Shown here piece after piece: positions 58,015-64,000 of a stretch of 64,000 bases of DNA. Origin of the DNA: an uncultured Gemmatimonadales bacterium. Lineage in GTDB: Bacteria; Gemmatimonadota; Gemmatimonadetes; Gemmatimonadales; GWC2-71-9. The notes under the pieces are model-generated. The model made no database searches and had not been told where the DNA came from. It worked only from the letters and a program-made list of their open reading frames with translations. Positions within the stretch are counted from its first letter, which is position 1. Every line of letters begins with the position of its first letter. The DNA lies in NCBI GenBank assembly GCA_963828735.1, contig CAWHFW010000002.1, forward strand, positions 32,001 to 96,000. Reading direction: 5' to 3'. The position numbers and the translations under genes are program-made.

Positions 58015-58310
58015 AGGTCCTCCATCGCGCCATGGCGCGGAACGAGGAAGAATCCATCGGCGAACTCCGGCGCGAACTCGGCCGGCGGCCGGGCGAGTGG
58101 GACCGAGCCCGGCACGTCCTCGCGGAGCGCGACCTGCGCCGGACCGGGCACGAACGCCTCGGTCGCGCCGTCGGCGGGAACGCGGTCGAGCTGGGCCACG
58201 TAGTCCACGATGCGGTTGAGCTGGTCCACGAGCCGAGCGAGGTCCGCCTCCTTGACGGCGAGCTCCGCCAGCTTCGCCACGTGCAGGACCTCGTCGCGGC
58301 CGATGCTCAT
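58011..58310 (-). CDS. gatC: Amidotransferase subunit C
   Basis: EVLHVAKLAEL, LREDV, FFLVP; directly upstream of gatA. Confidence 0.9.
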   Translation of the reverse strand: MSIGRDEVLHVAKLAELAVKEADLARLVDQLNRIVDYVAQLDRVPADGATEAFVPGPAQVALREDVPGSVPLARPPAEFAPEFADGFFLVPRHGAMEDL

Positions 58311-60610
58311 GCGCTCTCCCATTCGCGCTCGAGGCCCGCGAAGGCCACGAGCAGTTGCTTGATGCCCACCTCTTCGTCGTCGAACGCGACCGTCACCTTG
58401 AGGTCCCGCCCGGTTCCCGTCAGGCCCTGGATCGTTCCGCTGCCGAAGCGGCGGTGACGGACGCGCTCGCCTTTCACGTAGCGGGGCGTGTCCTGCGAGA
58501 GCTCTTCCGCGGGACGGTCGGTCGAGGACTCGGCCTGGCGAACCGAGAGACGGTCGGTCGGGCCGAGCGAGGCGCGGCCCGGTCTGTCGAATCCCCGGCC
58601 GTCGGACCGTCTGCCCGACCGGCCGCCGGCCCAGTCGGGCGCCCAGAGCGACGTTGTCCGCCGCTCGTCCAGAATACCGGGCGGCAGTGCGCGGAGAAAT
58701 CGGGAAGCCATGCCGGGCCGGAGCTCGCCGCCGCGCCGCCGCGCGCGGGCCCACGTGAGATAGAGCTTGTCCTTGGCCCGGGTGAGTCCGACGTAGCAGA
58801 GCCGGCGCTCCTCCTCGAGGCCGTCGGGCTGCTCCTCCGCGCGCGCGAGCGGAAAGAGCCCGTTCTCGAGCCCGGTGAGCACCACTACCGGCCACTCGAG
58901 GCCCTTGGCGGTGTGCAGCGTCATGAGCGTGACGCCGTCCTCGTTCCCGACGACCGAGTCGGCGGACGAGAGCAGCGCCGCCTCCGCCAGGAAGCGCTCG
59001 AGCGGCGTCCCGTCCGCGTTGTCGCTCACCACCTCGGACCAGTTGGCCGCGCTGGCCACGAGCTCGCGCACGTTCTCCCACCGATCCTCACCTTCGGGTC
59101 CCTCGGCGTGCAGGAGCGCCTCGTAGTCGATGGCCCGGATCACCTGCTCGAGGACGTCGGCCGGCGGGAGTTGCCGCGCGCGCTCGGTCTGGGCGTCGAT
59201 GAACGCGCCGAATGCGCGGAACGCCTCGCGGACATTGGGCCGGAGATCGGTGATGCCCTCCGCCACGCGGGCGGTGGCGAGGAGCGGCTTCCCCCAGTGT
59301 GCGGCCGTCCGCTCGAGCACGGCGAGACTGGTCTCGCCAAGGCCGCGGCGCGGCACGGCGACGGCGCGGAGGAAGGCCTCGTCGTCCGCGGCGTTGGTCA
59401 GCAGGCGGAGGTATGCCAGCAGGTCCTTCACCTCACGCCGCTCGTAGAAGCTGATCGCCCCGATCAAGCGGTACGGAATGCCCGCGCGCCGGAACGCCTC
59501 CTCCAGCGCGCGCGACTGGGAGTTCGTGCGATAGAGCACGGCCATGTCGGCGTAGCCCCAGTCGCCAGCGGCGCTCCGGCGCTCCAGCTCGCGCACAACC
59601 CACTCGGCCTCGTCGCGCTCGTCCGCCGCGGCCAGGATGGTGACCGGCTCCCCGCCCCGCCGGCGCGTGGTGAGCGTCTTCCCGATGCGGCCGCTGTTCT
59701 CCGCGATCACCCCGTTCGCGGCGTCGAGCACCACCTGCGTGGAGCGGTAGTTCTCCTCGAGGCGGACTAGCCGAGCGCCCGGAAAATCCTTGAGGAAGTC
59801 CTGCATGTTGCGCACGTCCGCGCCGCGCCAGCCGTAGATGGACTGGTCGTCATCGCCGACGACGCAGACGTTACCGTGCGCGCCGAGCAGGCGAATGAGC
59901 TCGTACTGCGCCCGGTTGGTGTCCTGGAACTCGTCCACCAGGATGAAATTGAACTTCCCCTGGTAGGCTCGGAGCCGCTCGGGATGCTCCCGGAACAGCG
60001 TGAGCGGGTGCAGGAGCAGATCGTCGAAATCCATCGCGTTCGCCGCCTTGAGCGCCGGGCCCATCGCGGCGTAGACGTCGGCCGACACCTGGGCCAGCCG
60101 ATCGAACTGCGACACGCCGGCGGCAAGCTCGGACGGCGGCATCATCCGGTTCTTGGCCGCGGAGATGAGCGACTGGACCGCGCGCGGAGGAAAGACCTTG
60201 GGGGAATGGCCGCGCTGATCCATGAGGCGCTTGATCAGGCTGAGCCGGTCGTCCTCGTCGTAAATCGTGAACTGCCGCCCGAAGCCGAGCAGCTCGGCCT
60301 CGCGGCGGAGGAGGCGCGCGGAGAGCGAGTGGAAGGTCCCGATCCACAAGCCGGACGGGTCACGGGCGAGCAGCCGTCCGATCCGCTGCTTCATCTCCCC
60401 CGCGGCCTTGTTCGTGAACGTCACCGCGAAGATCCGGTCGGGTGGAACCCCGTGCCGGTCGATCAGGTGCGCGATGCGGGTGGTGAGGACGCGCGTCTTG
60501 CCCGAGCCCGCCCCCGCGAGGACGAGCATGGGGCCGTGGACATGGTCCACCGCCTCCTGCTGTGCGGGGTTGAGCGCGCGCTCCAGCTCGGTTGCGTGGG
60601 TATCGATCAC
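58307..60610 (-). CDS. pcrA: UvrD/PcrA family ATP-dependent DNA helicase
   Basis: AGAGSGKT, TFTNKAA, DEFQD, VGDDDQSIY, EERRLCYVGLTRA; C-terminal Tudor-like GERVRHRRFG. Confidence 0.95.
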   Translation of the reverse strand: MIDTHATELERALNPAQQEAVDHVHGPMLVLAGAGSGKTRVLTTRIAHLIDRHGVPPDRIFAVTFTNKAAGEMKQRIGRLLARDPSGLWIGTFHSLSARLLRREAELLGFGRQFTIYDEDDRLSLIKRLMDQRGHSPKVFPPRAVQSLISAAKNRMMPPSELAAGVSQFDRLAQVSADVYAAMGPALKAANAMDFDDLLLHPLTLFREHPERLRAYQGKFNFILVDEFQDTNRAQYELIRLLGAHGNVCVVGDDDQSIYGWRGADVRNMQDFLKDFPGARLVRLEENYRSTQVVLDAANGVIAENSGRIGKTLTTRRRGGEPVTILAAADERDEAEWVVRELERRSAAGDWGYADMAVLYRTNSQSRALEEAFRRAGIPYRLIGAISFYERREVKDLLAYLRLLTNAADDEAFLRAVAVPRRGLGETSLAVLERTAAHWGKPLLATARVAEGITDLRPNVREAFRAFGAFIDAQTERARQLPPADVLEQVIRAIDYEALLHAEGPEGEDRWENVRELVASAANWSEVVSDNADGTPLERFLAEAALLSSADSVVGNEDGVTLMTLHTAKGLEWPVVVLTGLENGLFPLARAEEQPDGLEEERRLCYVGLTRAKDKLYLTWARARRRGGELRPGMASRFLRALPPGILDERRTTSLWAPDWAGGRSGRRSDGRGFDRPGRASLGPTDRLSVRQAESSTDRPAEELSQDTPRYVKGERVRHRRFGSGTIQGLTGTGRDLKVTVAFDDEEVGIKQLLVAFAGLEREWESA

Positions 60611-61791
60611 GCCGAGGGCTCCACCAGCGGAATGCGGATCACGAAGCTTGCTCCCTTGTCGGTCGGCTCCAGGGTCAGGACGCCGCGATGCGCGTCCTCC
60701 ACCACGCGCCGCGCGAGCGCGAGGCCGATGCCCCAGCCGCCGCGCTTGGTGGTGATGCCGGGCTCGAAGAGGGTGCGACGGATGTCGCGCGGGATGCCGG
60801 GGCCGTCGTCGATCACCCGGATCTCGCCCATGCCCTGCTCGGCGCCGACTCGCAGGATAATCGTTCCTGCACGCCCCTGCAGGGCGTCGATCGCGTTCTT
60901 GACCAGCGCTTCCAGCGTCCACTCGAGCAGCACCGCGTCGCCCACTACCATCGGCCCCATCCCGGGGGCTTCCAGCTTGAGCTCGATGGGATTTGCCCGC
61001 TTGGGAAGCCGCGGGCGGAAGTAGAGCGCCACCCGGTCCGCCAGCGCCCCGAGGCCGACGGGCTCGCGCTTCGCGGGATTGCCGATGCGCTCGAAGCGCT
61101 GCGCGACGCGGTCCAGCCGCTCGGCGTCGGCCGCGAGGTGCTCGGCGAGGTCGGCCGGCGGCGCGGGGCGCGAGCGCACGCGCTCGATCCATCCCTGGAG
61201 GCTCGTGAGGGGCGTCCCCATCTGGTGCGCGGCCTCGCGCGCCATCGCGACCCAAAGCCGGTCCCGCTGGGCCGCGATGGCGCTACGATAGGCGAAGATC
61301 GCCACGGCCACCATCACCGCGATGGTGAGGCCCTGGAGGATCGCCAGCGTCGTGAGGTTCCGCTGGGCGGGGAGCGGGCCGTAGTGCACGGTGCCGATCG
61401 CGGCGTCCACGATGGGCGGGTTCCAGCGGTCGAGCCGGGTCGCATATGCCCGCACGCGCGGGTCGTCGAGCGGCGCCTGGAACGGGAGGTTGGCGGCCGC
61501 GGTTACCCGCCCGGTCGTGTCGGTCACCACCAGCGGAAGCCCGAGCGCCCGCACCTGCGCGCCGAGCCGGAGCAGCGCCTCGGCCTCCGCGCCCGGCCGC
61601 GGATCGTTGAGCCCGCCGAACACGCCGGAGTAGAGGCGGCTCGTGGCGGTCGCGTCGGCCCTGAAGTGACGGAGGACGAGGAGCCCCGAGCCGAGGCTCA
61701 AGCCGGCGAGCAGGGCCACGAGCGCGACGGCCATCGAGGGCGCGAGGCGCTGCAGCCGCTCCCTACGCACGGGGAACCAGGCGGTCGACAC
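60607..61791 (-). CDS. Membrane sensor histidine kinase
   Basis: 2 TMs; H-box [11 protein letters not shown]-box KNAIDA; DDGPG; GWGIGL. Confidence 0.92.
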   Translation of the reverse strand: MSTAWFPVRRERLQRLAPSMAVALVALLAGLSLGSGLLVLRHFRADATATSRLYSGVFGGLNDPRPGAEAEALLRLGAQVRALGLPLVVTDTTGRVTAAANLPFQAPLDDPRVRAYATRLDRWNPPIVDAAIGTVHYGPLPAQRNLTTLAILQGLTIAVMVAVAIFAYRSAIAAQRDRLWVAMAREAAHQMGTPLTSLQGWIERVRSRPAPPADLAEHLAADAERLDRVAQRFERIGNPAKREPVGLGALADRVALYFRPRLPKRANPIELKLEAPGMGPMVVGDAVLLEWTLEALVKNAIDALQGRAGTIILRVGAEQGMGEIRVIDDGPGIPRDIRRTLFEPGITTKRGGWGIGLALARRVVEDAHRGVLTLEPTDKGASFVIRIPLVEPSA

Positions 61792-63046
61792 CGAGGTACG
61801 GCACCAGTGCCTCCGGCACCCGCACCGACCCGTCGGCCGCTTGGTTGTTCTCCAGGAGGGCGATGATCGTGCGGGGAAACGCGACGCCCGAGGCGTTGAG
61901 CGTGTGCACGAACTCGGGCTTGGCCTTGGGCTCGGGCCGGAAGCGGATGTTGGCGCGGCGCGCCTGGAAATCGGTGAACGTGCTCGAGCTCGACGCCTCG
62001 AGCCACGTCCCGACGCCGGCGGCCCAGACCTCGAGGTCGAAGGTGCGCGCGCTGCCGAACCCGGTGTCGCCGGCCGCGAGCTCCAGGACGCGGTACGGAA
62101 GGCCGAGGCGCTGAAGCACGGCCTCGGCGTGGCCGGTCAGGCGCTCGTGCTCCGCGGCCGATTCGTCGGGACGGGTGAAGCGTACCAGCTCGACCTTGTC
62201 GAACTGGTGCACCCGGATGAGTCCGCGCGTATCCTTGCCGTGGGCACCGGCCTCGCGGCGGAAGCACGGCGTCCACGCGCAGTAGCCGAGCGGCAGGTTA
62301 CCCGCCTCGAGAATCTCGTCCCGGTGGATGTTGGTCACCGGAACCTCGGCCGTGGGAATGAGGAACAGGTCGTCCGACGGAATACCGTACAGGTCTTCCT
62401 CGAACTTGGGCAGCTGGCCGGTGCCGGTGAGGGTCGCGCGGTTGACGAGGTACGGCGGGGCGACCTCCTCGTACCCGTGCTCGCGGGTGTGGAGGTCGAG
62501 CATGAAGCTCGCGAGCGCGCGGGAAAGACGCGCACCCGCGCCGCGCAGGAGCGGGAACCCGCTGCCAGCGAGCTTGGCCCCGGCCGGGAGGTCCAGGATG
62601 CCGAGCGCGGCGCCCAGCTCCCAATGGGGCCGCGGCGTGAAGTCGAACCGCGGCGGCTCGCCCCAGGTGCGGACGACACGATTCGCCGCGGCGTCCCCGT
62701 CCGGCGTTTCGGCGGCCGGGAAGTTCGGCACGGCGAGCGCCCGCTGGTCGAGGGCGGTCTCCACGTCGCGAAGCCTGGCATCCAACGCCTTGACCTCCTC
62801 CCCCGAGGCCTTGAGCCGGGCCATGAGCTCGTCGGCCGGCTCCTTTGCCCGCTTCCGGCGCGCCACTTCCTCGCTCGCCGCGTTTCGTTCCGCCTTGAGC
62901 GACTCCGCATGCACCAGGAGCTCGCGCCGCTGCCGGTCCAACTCGAGAATGTCGTCGAGCAGCGGGCCGATGGACGGGTCCCGCCGACGGAGCAGCGAGG
63001 CGCGGCTCCCGTCAGGATCCTGGCGCAGACGCTTGAGGTCGATCAC
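61763..63046 (-). CDS. serS: Serine--tRNA ligase
   Basis: [36 protein letters not shown]. Confidence 0.97.
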   Translation of the reverse strand: MIDLKRLRQDPDGSRASLLRRRDPSIGPLLDDILELDRQRRELLVHAESLKAERNAASEEVARRKRAKEPADELMARLKASGEEVKALDARLRDVETALDQRALAVPNFPAAETPDGDAAANRVVRTWGEPPRFDFTPRPHWELGAALGILDLPAGAKLAGSGFPLLRGAGARLSRALASFMLDLHTREHGYEEVAPPYLVNRATLTGTGQLPKFEEDLYGIPSDDLFLIPTAEVPVTNIHRDEILEAGNLPLGYCAWTPCFRREAGAHGKDTRGLIRVHQFDKVELVRFTRPDESAAEHERLTGHAEAVLQRLGLPYRVLELAAGDTGFGSARTFDLEVWAAGVGTWLEASSSSTFTDFQARRANIRFRPEPKAKPEFVHTLNASGVAFPRTIIALLENNQAADGSVRVPEALVPYLGVDRLVPRA

Positions 63047-63051
63047 GACCG

Positions 63052-63613
63052 CTAGTTGGCCGGAAGGCCGGGGAGGAGGTCCCTGTACCCGCAATTCAAG
63101 TCGGACAGCACCTTGAACGTCACGGTGCTGTCCTGGAAGCTGAGGATCTCGAGCTTGCCGTACAGCGGCACGCCGAGGGAGGTGCATACCACGCGCGAGC
63201 GAACGGTGTACCGCTCGCCGACCTGGATGGGAACGGCCGAGTCGGCCGTGTAGCCATTGCTGGGGGCGCGGGTGATGTCATCGAAGGATTCGGCGCCGCA
63301 GCTGGAGCCCGGGATTCGCCGTCGTGCTGGAGAGCCCGAGCGCGGCCCGCGGCACGAAGACGCGCTGGTACGAACCATCGGCGAGGCGCCGCACATTGTA
63401 GGCGAACTCGAAATCCACCGACTGATCGGTGCGAATCGCCCCGACACTGATGTTGAACCCGCTGGCCACGGCGATCGGCGTGCCCTCGAGCGCGCCGAGC
63501 GTCACCGTGTCGACGACGTTCGTCTCGGTGGGGTCGCCCAATGAGGTGGAGTCGTTGCAGGCGATCGCCACACCCAGGGCCAGGAAGCAGAGCGGACGGA
63601 GAAATGGGTGCAT
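63052..63613 (-). CDS. Hypothetical lipoprotein, frameshifted near 63295
   Basis: Lipobox AIAC; ORFs 63278-63613 and 63052-63447 join after removing one base. Confidence 0.65.
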
Positions 63614-63622
63614 GGAGGGGGA

Positions 63623-63651
63623 AGGTTAAGGCCCGTGCGAAGAGGGGTCAA
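63623..63651 (-). promoter_or_regulatory. sigma70-type promoter for the lipoprotein-serS operon
   Basis: TTGACC-17 bp-TAACCT. Confidence 0.65.
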
Positions 63652-63665
63652 CTGCCACTCTTTTC

Positions 63666-63694
63666 TTGACTTCGACCGGGACGGTCCCTACGTT
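63666..63694 (+). promoter_or_regulatory. sigma70-type promoter for the roadblock gene
   Basis: TTGACT-17 bp-TACGTT. Confidence 0.6.
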
Positions 63695-63729
63695 GCGCAA
63701 CGTTTCCCGCTGCCCCGGAGTTCGACTCC

Positions 63730-64000
63730 ATGATGCCATTGGGAGAGGTGGTCCACAGCCTCGCCGCACGCGACGGCGTCGAGGCCGTGCTGCTCTTGAG
63801 CGGTGACGGCCTGCCGATCGAGCATGCGGCCCGCGCCCAGTTCGATTCGGAGACGGTGGCGGCGCTGGCGGCCACACTCGCCCAGCATGCCAGCCGCCTC
63901 GGCGAAGGCGCGCGTGGGGGCGAGCTCGCCACGGCCGTGCTCGAGTTCAACCGCGGACTGCTGATCCTCGCGCGCGCCGGCGCGGGTGACTGGCTCGCGC
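63730..64000 (+). CDS. Roadblock/LC7 (MglB-like) protein, runs off the window
   Basis: MMPLGEVVHSLAARDGVEAVLLLSGDGLPIE...VAALAA...LATAVLEF; SD GGAG. Confidence 0.82.
   Translation, partial: MMPLGEVVHSLAARDGVEAVLLLSGDGLPIEHAARAQFDSETVAALAATLAQHASRLGEGARGGELATAVLEFNRGLLILARAGAGDWLA

Overview
The window is almost certainly chimeric. Bases 1 to about 11050 are high-GC housekeeping DNA that looks actinobacterial, probably Thermoleophilia/Gaiellales. It carries a DegT aminotransferase, ilvE, ybaK, serA, a class V aminotransferase, a possible metal-binding membrane cluster, gatB and half of gatA. At about 11050 gatA is cut mid-gene and joined directly to a 3'-truncated 5S rRNA. From there the window is a diderm genome with a Gemmatimonadota-type 16S. 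It holds a minus-strand rRNA operon, antiporters, MATE, a kelch lipoprotein, tRNA-Arg, tRNA-Pro and tRNA-Sec, chrA, rdgB, rph and LPS/outer-membrane genes. It continues with murI, fhs, secDF, the rimP-nusA-infB-rbfA-truB-ribF operon, murA, a second complete gatCAB, pcrA, serS and a roadblock gene. Six genes each carry or share +1 frameshifts (six sites, five genes) that look like sequencing errors. I found no CRISPR array, integrase, transposase or defence system. The best candidates for novelty are a palindromic micro-repeat that rewrites the gatB 3' end, an inverted copy of the tRNA-Arg 3' end, a His-rich LAHG/cupredoxin operon and probable CTG start codons. All calls are by eye; no database searches were run.
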